In this document: in pieces, positions 45,963-54,812 of the stretch
Layout of the letters: each line of letters opens with the position of its first letter
Position numbering within the stretch: position 1 is the first letter of the stretch
Origin: Deltaproteobacteria bacterium
Lineage (GTDB): Bacteria > Myxococcota_A > Polyangia > Polyangiales > Houyiibacteriaceae
Direction: 5' to 3'
Length of the DNA stretch: 64,000 bases
Assembly: GCA_034670305.1 (NCBI GenBank)
Contig: JAXMNT010000014.1
Coordinates: 32,001-96,000 of the forward strand
Program-made: the position numbers and the translations under genes
The notes under the pieces: model-generated
Seen by the model: only the letters and a program-made list of their open reading frames with translations
Told to the model about the DNA's origin: nothing
The model's database searches: none

Positions 45963-47162
45963 CTACCGCGCGGGTTCGCCGACCAGCGCGCGGACCACGT
46001 CCACGTCGCTGAAGACGTGTTCGGTCGTCCCGATCGTCTGGGTCTTCTCGTGGCCCTTGCCCGCGACGACCACGACGTCTTCTTGGCTGGCGGTCTCCAG
46101 CGCCGCCTGAATGGCGCGGCGTCGGTCGGGCTCCTCGACGAACGCGGCGCGGCCCTCGGCCCCCGCCCGGACCATCGCTGCGATGCGTTCGGGCGGTTCG
46201 CGGCGCGGGTTGTCGCTGGTGAGGATCGCCACGTCGGCGAGCTCGTCGGCGGTCGCACCCATCAAGGGCCGCTTGCCTTCGTCGCGCTCGCCACCACAGC
46301 CGAAGACGCAGATCACCCTGCCCTGGCCTCGAAGCAGGCGCGCGGTTTCGAGCGTGGTGCGCAGGCCGTCGGGGGTGTGCGCGTAGTCGACCACCACGAA
46401 GGGCTGTCGCAACACCACCTCGAAGCGTCCGGGAACGCCGGCGAAGGATTCCAGGCCGCGCACGATCGCCTGGTGGTGCACGCCGAGCACATGCATCGCG
46501 AGCGCCGCGGCCAGCGCGTTGCTGACGTGCACCGTTCCGAAGAGCTTCAGCTGCACCTCGGCGTCGAAGACGCCTCGGAACGTGGCCGACGTGCCCTCCC
46601 GCGTGACCTGCACCGCCTCGGCGCAGAGGTTCGCACCGGCTGCCTCGTGCCCGTAGCGCAGCACCGTCGCGTGGGGCGGCACGATCTCCGTGAGCAGCGC
46701 GCTCGACGGGTCGTCGGTGTTGAGGATCGCGGAGCCCCCCGGCAAGAGCGCGAGAAAGAGCTGCGCTTTGGCGGCGAGGTAGGCCTCCGGGGTCCCGTGC
46801 ATGTCGAGGTGATCGCGGGTGAGGTTCGTGAACACCGCCACCTTCGGTCGCCACCGACCGGCCAGACCGCCGGCGAGCGCTTTGGAGGTGGTCTCGAGGG
46901 CCAGCGTCTGACACCCGACCCGGACCGCTTCTTCCACGCAGCCGAGGAACACCTGCGCGGGCTGGTCGCCTTCGATCGGGCGCTCGCCCACCTGGGCGCC
47001 GAGCGTCGTCAGGCGGGCGCCCGGTTCACCGTGGGCGCGCGCGATCGCATCGACGAGCGAGGTCGTGGTGGTCTTTCCGTTGGTGCCGGTGACACACACG
47101 CTCCGGAGCTTGGCGTGCGCCGCCGCGAACCGCCCTGCGAGTGGATCCTGTTTGGGAGTCAT
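45963..47162 (-). CDS. MurE-like Mur ligase lacking the N-terminal domain
   Basis: VTGTNGKTTT at residue ~24, ETTS, FTNLTRDHLD, PGRFE, VDYAHTPD, GCGGERD, SDNPR, AGKGHE; only ~399 aa. Confidence 0.82.
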   Translation of the reverse strand: MTPKQDPLAGRFAAAHAKLRSVCVTGTNGKTTTTSLVDAIARAHGEPGARLTTLGAQVGERPIEGDQPAQVFLGCVEEAVRVGCQTLALETTSKALAGGLAGRWRPKVAVFTNLTRDHLDMHGTPEAYLAAKAQLFLALLPGGSAILNTDDPSSALLTEIVPPHATVLRYGHEAAGANLCAEAVQVTREGTSATFRGVFDAEVQLKLFGTVHVSNALAAALAMHVLGVHHQAIVRGLESFAGVPGRFEVVLRQPFVVVDYAHTPDGLRTTLETARLLRGQGRVICVFGCGGERDEGKRPLMGATADELADVAILTSDNPRREPPERIAAMVRAGAEGRAAFVEEPDRRRAIQAALETASQEDVVVVAGKGHEKTQTIGTTEHVFSDVDVVRALVGEPAR

Positions 47163-47380
47163 CGGGGAATCTGGCCAATGCCGCGGCAGAGCAGACAGCG
47201 CCGTTGTCCGTGGCAATTGAGGCAGCGCTTGCCTTTGTCTACGCCAGTGCCTTGGCAGACGTAGCAAAGACCGTCGCCATCACATTCGTAGCATTCCTCG
47301 TGGCCATCGGAGAGCTCGCGGAAACGCTTCAATCCCGGGCCCCAAGGTCGTTCCGGCTTCTCTTCTGGTCTGCGCATCAC
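47159..47380 (-). CDS. small DnaJ-type zinc-finger protein
   Basis: CYECDGDG, CYVCQGTG, CLNCHGQR, CLLCRGIG; stop overlaps the MurE-like ATG. Confidence 0.75.
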   Translation of the reverse strand: MMRRPEEKPERPWGPGLKRFRELSDGHEECYECDGDGLCYVCQGTGVDKGKRCLNCHGQRRCLLCRGIGQIPR

Positions 47381-47455
47381 GTAGCCCTGCTGCTGCCCGT
47401 CCGCCGATGTGTGCCACCGGTGTTCCGGCAGTGGTGGGCGCGCGGGCGCGGAGTC

Positions 47456-47878
47456 TCAGACTTCCGAGATCGTGTCCCAGCGAATGCACTCTCCGCTGGG
47501 ATCGTAGTCGGCGCACTGCACCTCATCCCACCGGATGCACTCGCCGGTCGGGTCCCGTTCGGCGCAGCCATCGTCGCTGCCATACGCTTCGTCGGCGCTC
47601 GCCCAGCCGATGCACTCGCCGACCGCATCCCAGTCCACGCACTCGCTCGCGGGTTCGTACCCAGCTTCTTCCGCCGGCCCACCGTTCCACGCAATGCACT
47701 CGCCGCTGGCATCCCACTCGGCGCAGCTGCCGTCTTGGGTGGCGGCGACCTCTTGCCCGCTCGTCTGTTCGCTCGAGTACTCGGTGGGCTGATCGTCGAC
47801 GACGATGCAACCGGTCACGCTCTTGCCGAGCCCCATGGACAACGCGATGAGGAGGAACTGCTTCCGATCGATCTTCAT
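47456..47878 (-). CDS. small secreted protein with four C-x3-D-x2-GEC-I-x-W repeats
   Basis: CAEWDASGECIAW, CVDWDAVGECIGW, CAERDPTGECIRW, CADYDPSGECIRW; lipobox-like VTGC. Confidence 0.75.
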   Translation of the reverse strand: MKIDRKQFLLIALSMGLGKSVTGCIVVDDQPTEYSSEQTSGQEVAATQDGSCAEWDASGECIAWNGGPAEEAGYEPASECVDWDAVGECIGWASADEAYGSDDGCAERDPTGECIRWDEVQCADYDPSGECIRWDTISEV

Positions 47879-47950
47879 GGCGGGTGAGACTACCGGGCTC
47901 TGAGGGACCTTGGAACCCAAGGATGAGCCTGGGCGTGTAGTCTCCTCGGC

Positions 47951-48376
47951 ATGCCGATTCTTCGCATCCTGTTTGCCTCCGCGCTCGCCACCTTCGTTGC
48001 GTGTGGAGGTTCTGAGTCCCCGTCCACCGAGACCGAACCGGAATCGGTCGGATCGGGCGGCGAAGCCGAAGAGGTCTCACCGGCCCCCGCGTCCGAACTG
48101 TCGGTGACGGGATGCAACTCGTACACGTACACCCCCGACGACTGCACCGGTTCGCCCGAGAACCCGAGCTGTTCGCAGAACTTCGAGCTCCACGGCGATG
48201 GGACCGGAGAGATCACCTTCGACGACATCATCGTGAGCGCGACCTACGAGGTCGAGGGTTCCACGTTGACACTCCGAGCCCCGCGCTTCGAAGCCACCTA
48301 CACCATCGAAGATGGGGGTCAGGTGATCGTCGGCGATGGCGGCGAACGCTACGACCGCACCGACTGCGGAAGCTGA
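47951..48376 (+). CDS. predicted lipoprotein
   Basis: lipobox FVAC; TAGTCT 7 nt before ATG. Confidence 0.75.
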   Translation: MPILRILFASALATFVACGGSESPSTETEPESVGSGGEAEEVSPAPASELSVTGCNSYTYTPDDCTGSPENPSCSQNFELHGDGTGEITFDDIIVSATYEVEGSTLTLRAPRFEATYTIEDGGQVIVGDGGERYDRTDCGS

Positions 48377-48382
48377 ACTCGG

Positions 48383-50017
48383 TCAGCTGCGTCGCGCGCG
48401 GAGCTCGGCCGCAAATGTCCGGGCGGCCTTGAGCGCGTGGCCTGCCTTGGCGCGCACACCCGGGGCGTAGATCAGGCCGCTGACCTGCTGAACCAAGGCG
48501 TAGGTCGTCTCCTGAATCGGGTACACCGAGACCCCGCCGCGGCTTGGCAGGCGCGAGAGCGGCCAGCGGTCGGCGACCACTGCTTTCACATGGCAGCAGC
48601 CGCGAAGGCCTTCGCGGCCGTTGATGCGGCCGACGCCGCTGATGCCTTCACCGCCGAACGGGAGGGCCTGGATCATGTAGGCGATGCCGTAGTCGTTGAT
48701 CACCGTCATGCCGGTCCGGAGCTGGCGCGCGATGCGGTCTCCGCGGGCGGCGTCGCGGGTGAAGACGCTCGAGCCGAGGCCGTACTCGGTGTCGTTCGCG
48801 CACTCGATCGCGTGTTCGTCTGAGGTCACGCGGAAGATGACCATGATCGGTCCGAACTGCTCTTCGCGGGCGACGCGCATCTCGTGGGTGACGTCGACCA
48901 GGATCGTCGGCGCGAAGAACTGCGGTCCCGCTTCGCTCGCGCGGCCGCCACCCACGAGCACGCGGGCGCCCTTCTTCACTGCGTCGGCGACGAGCTCGTC
49001 GAGGATGTCGAGCTGGCGCGGCATGGTCATCGCGCCGCAGTCGACCGTCTCGGTCGTGCGGGCTTTGCCGGTGCGGCCCGGGTGCGGGGGCACCCCCTGG
49101 CGGAGCTTCTGGGCGCCGGCGGTCACCTTCGCGACGAACGCGTCGTACACCGCGTCGTGCACGTAGATGCGTTCGACGCCGACGCACATCTGACCGCACG
49201 CCGTGAACACGCCGAGCATCGCTTGTTCGGCGGCGTGTTCGAGGTCCGCGTCGTCGCACACGATCATCGGATCTTTGCCGCCGAGCTCGAGCACGACTTC
49301 CGTCGGCGCCGCGCTCGCCGCTTCCATCACCTTGCGACCGTTCTGCGGTGAGCCCGTGAAGAAGATCTTCTCCACGCCGCTCGTGACCAAGTAGTTGCCG
49401 GTGGCGCCGTAGCCGGTGACGACCTGGACGAGTTCCGGATCGTGACCGTGCCGGACCAGCGCATCGCGCACGAGCGCCAGGTAGGGCTCGGCCGACCAGG
49501 AGGTGTGTTCGGACACCTTGGAGACCACGCCGTTGCCGGCGAAGAGCGCGGGCACGAGCGGACAGAGCAGGTTGTGGAACGGGAAGTTCCACGGACAGAT
49601 CACACCGACGACGCCGAGCGGCAGGTACTCCACCCGGGCGGACTTGTGGGCGAGGATCCCAGACGAACGTTTCTCGGTGCGGAGGTCGCGCTCGCCGTGG
49701 CGGAGCACGTAGCGGATCTTCTCGAGCACCGGGAAAACTTCTCCGAGGGCCGCGTCGACCATGGTCTTGCCGGAGTCGCGGACCGCGATCTCGCAGATGG
49801 ATTCGTGTCGCTCGACGATCAGTTCCGCGAGGGTCCGAAGCACCCGCCGTCGCTCGCGGAAGCTCGTGCTGCCCCACGCCACCTGGGCGGCCCGGGCGCG
49901 CGACACCGCGGCGCCGACCTCGGCTCGATCCATGGAGCGCAACTCGCCGAGGCGTTCTCCGTTGGCGGGGTCGACCGCCGGGATCGTCTCGTGGTTCTGT
50001 CGCTGCGTCGTCTGCAT
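48383..50017 (-). CDS. aldehyde dehydrogenase family protein
   Basis: PWNFP, KVSE, FTGS, LELGGKD, GQMCV, EQFGP, LPFGG. Confidence 0.9.
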   Translation of the reverse strand: MQTTQRQNHETIPAVDPANGERLGELRSMDRAEVGAAVSRARAAQVAWGSTSFRERRRVLRTLAELIVERHESICEIAVRDSGKTMVDAALGEVFPVLEKIRYVLRHGERDLRTEKRSSGILAHKSARVEYLPLGVVGVICPWNFPFHNLLCPLVPALFAGNGVVSKVSEHTSWSAEPYLALVRDALVRHGHDPELVQVVTGYGATGNYLVTSGVEKIFFTGSPQNGRKVMEAASAAPTEVVLELGGKDPMIVCDDADLEHAAEQAMLGVFTACGQMCVGVERIYVHDAVYDAFVAKVTAGAQKLRQGVPPHPGRTGKARTTETVDCGAMTMPRQLDILDELVADAVKKGARVLVGGGRASEAGPQFFAPTILVDVTHEMRVAREEQFGPIMVIFRVTSDEHAIECANDTEYGLGSSVFTRDAARGDRIARQLRTGMTVINDYGIAYMIQALPFGGEGISGVGRINGREGLRGCCHVKAVVADRWPLSRLPSRGGVSVYPIQETTYALVQQVSGLIYAPGVRAKAGHALKAARTFAAELRARRS

Positions 50018-50239
50018 GGCTGTCCCTGTCTCCGGTGTGGTGCCGGCGGGGCACCATAGACAAGGTGCGGGGAGACTCCAGCCCCGATTCGCCAACCGTC
50101 GACAGTGGCCGGGAGCCGGTCTGGAACCGACGCGGACGGTCGGCGGGTGGTCCCGAGGGATCGATGGAGGCGCCGGCGAGGGCCATCCGCCACGGTCGAA
50201 GGTTGCCCTCGGGGTGGGTTCGGGCGACGATTGGCCGGC

Positions 50240-51283
50240 ATGGACCTCGCTGAAGTCGATCTCGCCCTCGAAGCCCTCGGAACGCCCCGTTCCTCCCCCG
50301 CGTACGAGGCCGGACTCGATCTCGAGGAAGTGGACGCGGCACTCGAAGCGCTCTCCGAAGGAGTCGGAGAAGTCCACGTACAAGGGCTTGGGGTGGCGCC
50401 AGTCGAGCGCCCCGCGTCGGAAGCGCCCGCCTCGGAAGCACCCGCCTCGGAACCGCCCGCGCCCCAAGCGGAAGCGGCTCTGGAAGCCGAAGGTCCGATC
50501 ACCCAGGAAGTCGGCACCGACGAACTCGCGGCCATGGAAGAGAGCGCGGCGCAGTCCAGCCCGCCCCCGCCCGCCGCGAAGCTCTCCGCGAGCACCCTCG
50601 AAGACATGTTCCAGGGCATGGACCTGGACGACGAGGACGACTCCCTGATGGTCGCGCCGCCGCCCAAACTCGGACTCAACGAGGACTCGCTGTTCGGCGA
50701 TCTCGACGGCGCCTCCGTCGCGCCTCTCGTCCTCGACGACGAGCCAGCAGCGGAGGAACCGGCCGCCGCCGACGGGTTCGAGGAGTTCGGGGAGTTTCAG
50801 GAAGAAGAACACACCGCGCTCTTCAGCGCGGCGGATGTGCAGGCGATTCGGCGTTCTTCGGCGCCGCCCCCGCAAACCGCGAAACCCTCCGTTCCCCCGC
50901 CCGTGCCCGGCGGCGAGAAGGCCGTTCAGGCGGCGCTCGACGACATGGTGATCGGCGACGCATCCGAGGACGAAGAGTTCGAGCTGTTGATCGACGACTT
51001 GGTCGAAGAGGTCGAGGAAGACGAAGACGAAGGCGAAGGCGAGGACGCGACCTTCGTGGGCACGATGGAGGACTTCGAAGGAGGCTTCGAGGACTTCGAC
51101 GACATGACGCAGCTCGAATCGCCCCTCGCGGCCGAAGCCGCCGCGCCGGTCGAAGGCGCGCCCGAGGGCCAAGGCGCCGCCGAAGCCGCCGAAGCCGCCG
51201 ACGGCGAAGCCGCCGAAGGCGAAGAAGGCGAAGACGGCGACGGCTCCGGCCGCAAGAGCTTCTTCAAGAAACTCTTCGGCTGA
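50240..51283 (+). CDS. highly acidic, low-complexity protein with C-terminal amphipathic helix
   Basis: Glu/Asp/Ala/Pro-rich; ends GRKSFFKKLFG. Confidence 0.72.
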   Translation: MDLAEVDLALEALGTPRSSPAYEAGLDLEEVDAALEALSEGVGEVHVQGLGVAPVERPASEAPASEAPASEPPAPQAEAALEAEGPITQEVGTDELAAMEESAAQSSPPPPAAKLSASTLEDMFQGMDLDDEDDSLMVAPPPKLGLNEDSLFGDLDGASVAPLVLDDEPAAEEPAAADGFEEFGEFQEEEHTALFSAADVQAIRRSSAPPPQTAKPSVPPPVPGGEKAVQAALDDMVIGDASEDEEFELLIDDLVEEVEEDEDEGEGEDATFVGTMEDFEGGFEDFDDMTQLESPLAAEAAAPVEGAPEGQGAAEAAEAADGEAAEGEEGEDGDGSGRKSFFKKLFG

Positions 51284-51664
51284 CTTATTGCCGCCTACGG
51301 GCCTGGCTCGCTTCGCGAGACTGGCGGCCCTAATTCGCGCCCGTCGCCGCCTGCACGTGCTCGCCGCCACTGCACTTGATGGAATGAAGAAGCATCTGGG
51401 GCGATTGGCGGCTGCGCGCGTCCAGGCGCTCCTATCGGCGCTCTCGGGGCTCGATTGGGGAGTGCACCAGTTGCTCGGCCTGCGGCCTGCGCAGGTGCAC
51501 GTGTGGGCGACAATATTCTTGGGGGCACGGCCCCCAAACCCCGTCCCGGTGACACGGCTTGCTCGCTTCGCTCGGCTTCGCCGCGTCGAATACTTATTGC
51601 CGCTACGGGCCTGGCTCGCTTCGCGAGACTGGCGGCCCTAATTCGCGCCCGTCGCCGCCTGCAC
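51284..51664 (+). repeat. REP-like composite: two ~72-bp direct copies plus TTGGGGGC-ACG-GCCCCCAA hairpin unit
   Basis: cttattgccg(c)ctacgggcctggctcgcttcgcgagactggcggccctaattcgcgcccgtcgccgcctgcac at 51284 and 51593; hairpin unit at ~51518-51590. Confidence 0.9.
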
Positions 51665-51666
51665 TT

Positions 51667-52758
51667 TCAGCCGCCGACGGCGCAGCCGACGTCGATGTCG
51701 ACGCGGCCTTCGACGGCTTCGATCTCGGCGCAGGTGTCTGGGCAGAGCACGATCCGTTCGCTGCCCTCGAAGTACCACCAGCCGTCGCCACACGCGTCTT
51801 CGGTGGGCTGCCGGTCGACGAAGGTCGGGGTCGGATCGTCGCCCGAGGTGTACGAGATCCGGAACATGCGTTCGTCGTAGACGATGCCCGAGGGGGGCGG
51901 CTGCGGCAGCGTGTAGCCGCACCGGATCGGAATCCGGACCGCGATGCGCTCGGAGAGCAACTCGAAGAGCTCGGACCAGTCTTCGTTGCAGATCGAGAGC
52001 TTGATGCCGCCGGTCTCGTCCGAGAGCGCGTAGTATTCGTGGCCCGGTCGGCTCGCGGCGCTGGTAGGCGTGGAGCAGGCGCCGGTGGGGTTCTCGATCG
52101 TGGGCGTCACGCGCTCGGAGGCGACCGAGTGGAACGTGTAGGGTTTGCCGAGCATCTCGCTCATCTCGGCGTGAAAGTCCTCCCAGGGGAGGGCCCGGCT
52201 GTCGTCGTCGGTGACGGCCACGAAGTGCGTGATGGCGTCTTCGCGGAGGTACCGCTCGTACCGGCTGAAGTTCGAGAGCAGCTTGAGCAGCAGGTCCCAG
52301 GAGTTCACCCGGTCGTTGATCTCGTAGTAGCGGCGCGCGAACTCGATCGGTGCGCCGGGTGCGAACCCACTCTGGCTGACGAAGATCACCCGCGCGTCGA
52401 CGTTCGCGTCCAGGAGCGCGTCCCAGAACACGTTCACGTTCGAGCGCATGCGCTCGACGTCGTCGATCATGCTGCCCGAGTTGTCGATGACCCAGATGAT
52501 GTCCACCGGGATGCTGGCTTCGCGGCCGGCCACACTGACCGGATCGGGGCACATCGGAATGAAGGTGTCGGGGTCTACGAACGCGTCGGTGCCGGCGTCG
52601 ATCGACAGTGGCGCATCCACGCCCGCGTCCAGGCTCCGTGCATCCATTCCACCGGCGTCCGGAAGCTCGACTTCATCCGGCAACGGCAATCCCGTCCGCG
52701 CGCCGCAGGCGACGACCAACAAGAAGCAGGGACCGAACGAGGAGAGGAGGGGTTTCAT
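51667..52758 (-). CDS. von Willebrand A domain lipoprotein
   Basis: lipobox VVAC; MIDAS VDIIWVIDNSGSM, AVTDDD; Cys-rich C-terminus LCPDTC. Confidence 0.85.
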   Translation of the reverse strand: MKPLLSSFGPCFLLVVACGARTGLPLPDEVELPDAGGMDARSLDAGVDAPLSIDAGTDAFVDPDTFIPMCPDPVSVAGREASIPVDIIWVIDNSGSMIDDVERMRSNVNVFWDALLDANVDARVIFVSQSGFAPGAPIEFARRYYEINDRVNSWDLLLKLLSNFSRYERYLREDAITHFVAVTDDDSRALPWEDFHAEMSEMLGKPYTFHSVASERVTPTIENPTGACSTPTSAASRPGHEYYALSDETGGIKLSICNEDWSELFELLSERIAVRIPIRCGYTLPQPPPSGIVYDERMFRISYTSGDDPTPTFVDRQPTEDACGDGWWYFEGSERIVLCPDTCAEIEAVEGRVDIDVGCAVGG

Positions 52759-52854
52759 GGATGGTGACCGGCGCCTACGGGGGCGGGCCTTCACGACGCG
52801 TTCAACAGGCGCTACGGGCAACAGGCCCAGAGGCTCAACAGGCTCAACACGGAC

Positions 52855-52870
52855 AGCAAGAGCGATGCCA
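52855..52870 (-). promoter_or_regulatory. putative sigma54 -24/-12 promoter
   Basis: minus strand TGGCAT-CGCTC-TTGCT, ~100 nt upstream of the vWA gene. Confidence 0.65.
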
Positions 52871-52940
52871 GCACTTTGACTCGGGTTTTGGCCTCCCGCC
52901 ATCGGCGACTTGCCACCCGCGTGCAATTGCTGACGCATCC

Positions 52941-53531
52941 TTAGGCGCGCTCGAGTTCGTAGAGGATGGCGCCGCCGTTGCGGGGCACGAAGAGCCCGCC
53001 CCCACAAGAGACGAAGTGGGGGTCGAGCCGCTCGCGGTACCAGGTCCCTTCGCGGAGAAACACGTCGCCGTCGGTCACCGTCTGCGAAACCGATTGTTCC
53101 CAGTCCAATCGGGTCAGCGCTTCGAGGTAGAGCGCGCCACCGGTCAACGTCGCCAAGTTGTGGATGGCTTGGTCGCAGGTGTTGTCGTCCAGGTATTGGA
53201 GCACGCCCTGACAGATCACGAAGTCGGCCTGATGTGGCTGCTGGTAGGTCGCGACCGAGCCCTGGATCCAGCCCAGCCGCTCGCAGACGTACGGGCTGAT
53301 CTCGACCCCGGTGTAGGAGCAGCCGGCGAAGTGCCTCTGGACCACGTCCCGCCAGAGCCCGATGCCACACCCGAGGTCCAACACCGACTCCACCTCGACG
53401 TCGAGGTAGTGCACGTAGTGGCAGACGAAGTCGCTCAGAACGCGGAGCGACTCCGCATCGGCGACCGCCGTGTCGGGATCGAAGTAGTGGCGCTCGTAGT
53501 ACGCCTCGTCGAACCGGTCCGGGTCGCCCAT
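52941..53531 (-). CDS. class I SAM-dependent methyltransferase
   Basis: VLDLGCGIG, GVEIS, DFVICQGVLQYL. Confidence 0.88.
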   Translation of the reverse strand: MGDPDRFDEAYYERHYFDPDTAVADAESLRVLSDFVCHYVHYLDVEVESVLDLGCGIGLWRDVVQRHFAGCSYTGVEISPYVCERLGWIQGSVATYQQPHQADFVICQGVLQYLDDNTCDQAIHNLATLTGGALYLEALTRLDWEQSVSQTVTDGDVFLREGTWYRERLDPHFVSCGGGLFVPRNGGAILYELERA

Positions 53532-53596
53532 CGCGACCCCCTATGACACGGAACGAGCGCGGTTTGAAGGACTCACCGTGGTCGGAACCCCAACGC

Positions 53597-53627
53597 AAAA
53601 CGCCGCGTCCCGTAGGAACGCGGCGTT
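53597..53627 (-). terminator. intrinsic terminator after the OMP gene
   Basis: aacgccgcgt-cc-cgta-gg-a-acgcggcgtt hairpin; the minus-strand stem runs into TTTT. Confidence 0.6.
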
Positions 53628-53645
53628 CGGCGAGGTCGCCTCCAC

Positions 53646-54518
53646 TCAGAAGTAGAAGTGGGCTCCGAGGGTGGCGCGGGCGCCGGCGCTGGTGTCGGTC
53701 GAGCGGTTGTTCGCCGGGTCGTAGAACTCGGGGCGGGGGTCGTCGTCGCGGTCTTCGCCGACGCGGGTCCGGATGAAGCCGCGGATGTCGGCGCTCAGGG
53801 CGAAGCGGGGCTTGATGCGCCACTCGACGCCGACACCGATCTGGCCACCGAAGTAGCTGAAGTCACGCTCCATGAACGTGCCGTAGCCGTCGTGAAAACC
53901 CTCGGTCTGCGCGAACGACATGCCGAAGCCCGCCAAGAGGTACGCCTGGAACCGGGAGGCGCGGGGCAGGAAGAACATGAAGTCGAGCGTGATCGGCACC
54001 TCGGTGCGGTCCATGTTGTTGTAGTCGGTGCCTGCGTACATGCCGGCGGCGAGCTCCATCGCGAACATGCGGGAGGGACGCAGCCGGAAGCCGACCTGCG
54101 CGCCGCCCATGCGGACGTTGTCGCCGACCATCGCGCCGACTCGGCCGGTGACGCCGAACTTGCGGTTCTGCCAGACCGGCCGCAGGCGGTACTGCCGCTG
54201 CTCCTGCTCGACGACCACCACCGTCTGGGTCTGCTGGGGGGGCTGCTGTTGGACGTAGACCTGTTGGGGCGGCGGGGCTTGTGGCGCCGGCTGCACGACC
54301 ACGACCCGACCGCGGTGGCGGCGTTGCCGCTGGACGTAGACCGTCTGGGGCGGGGGCGGCGGCGGAGGCGGGGCGGCCTCCGTTTCCACCGAGACGCTGC
54401 CCGAGACTTCGATCTCGGCGCAGAAAATCGCGTTGTCGTCGCATTGGGCCTCCGCGGGAGTCGCCCAAGACAGGGCGATCGCGGGGACGAGGAGGGACAG
54501 CAGGGCAACTCGGTTCAT
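53646..54518 (-). CDS. outer-membrane beta-barrel protein with Pro/Gln-rich N-terminus
   Basis: signal peptide, ~8 amphipathic strands, terminal aromatic ...GAHFYF. Confidence 0.85.
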   Translation of the reverse strand: MNRVALLSLLVPAIALSWATPAEAQCDDNAIFCAEIEVSGSVSVETEAAPPPPPPPPQTVYVQRQRRHRGRVVVVQPAPQAPPPQQVYVQQQPPQQTQTVVVVEQEQRQYRLRPVWQNRKFGVTGRVGAMVGDNVRMGGAQVGFRLRPSRMFAMELAAGMYAGTDYNNMDRTEVPITLDFMFFLPRASRFQAYLLAGFGMSFAQTEGFHDGYGTFMERDFSYFGGQIGVGVEWRIKPRFALSADIRGFIRTRVGEDRDDDPRPEFYDPANNRSTDTSAGARATLGAHFYF

Positions 54519-54572
54519 GGGTGTATCTCAGAAGAGTGGGAACGCGGTGGGCGTCGGTACGGGTGGTACTAG

Positions 54573-54588
54573 AGCAAGAGCAGTGCCA
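54573..54588 (-). promoter_or_regulatory. putative sigma54 -24/-12 promoter
   Basis: minus strand TGGCAC-TGCTC-TTGCT, perfect consensus ~55 nt upstream of ATG 54518. Confidence 0.75.
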
Positions 54589-54812
54589 ACCGGTCTTCCT
54601 TTGGTGACCCACGAGATCATTGAACAATTTCCCGGAACGGGTTCGATGGGCCGTGCACTACGGTCCACTTCGCCAAGCGGTCGTGAACGGTTCTTCACAA
54701 GTGGATCGCAGATGATTCGTCCGCGGTGCCTCGATCCCGCTGAACGAGAAACGCCGCGCGTGCAGGGCAGGCGCGGCGTCTCGGGTCGAGCCGAAGCTCG
54801 TTCGAACCAGGC

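Noticed and set aside
51284-51664. Two 72-bp direct repeats as a CRISPR or att pair
   Set aside because: Only two long copies, built from modules dispersed elsewhere; no integrase or regular spacers.
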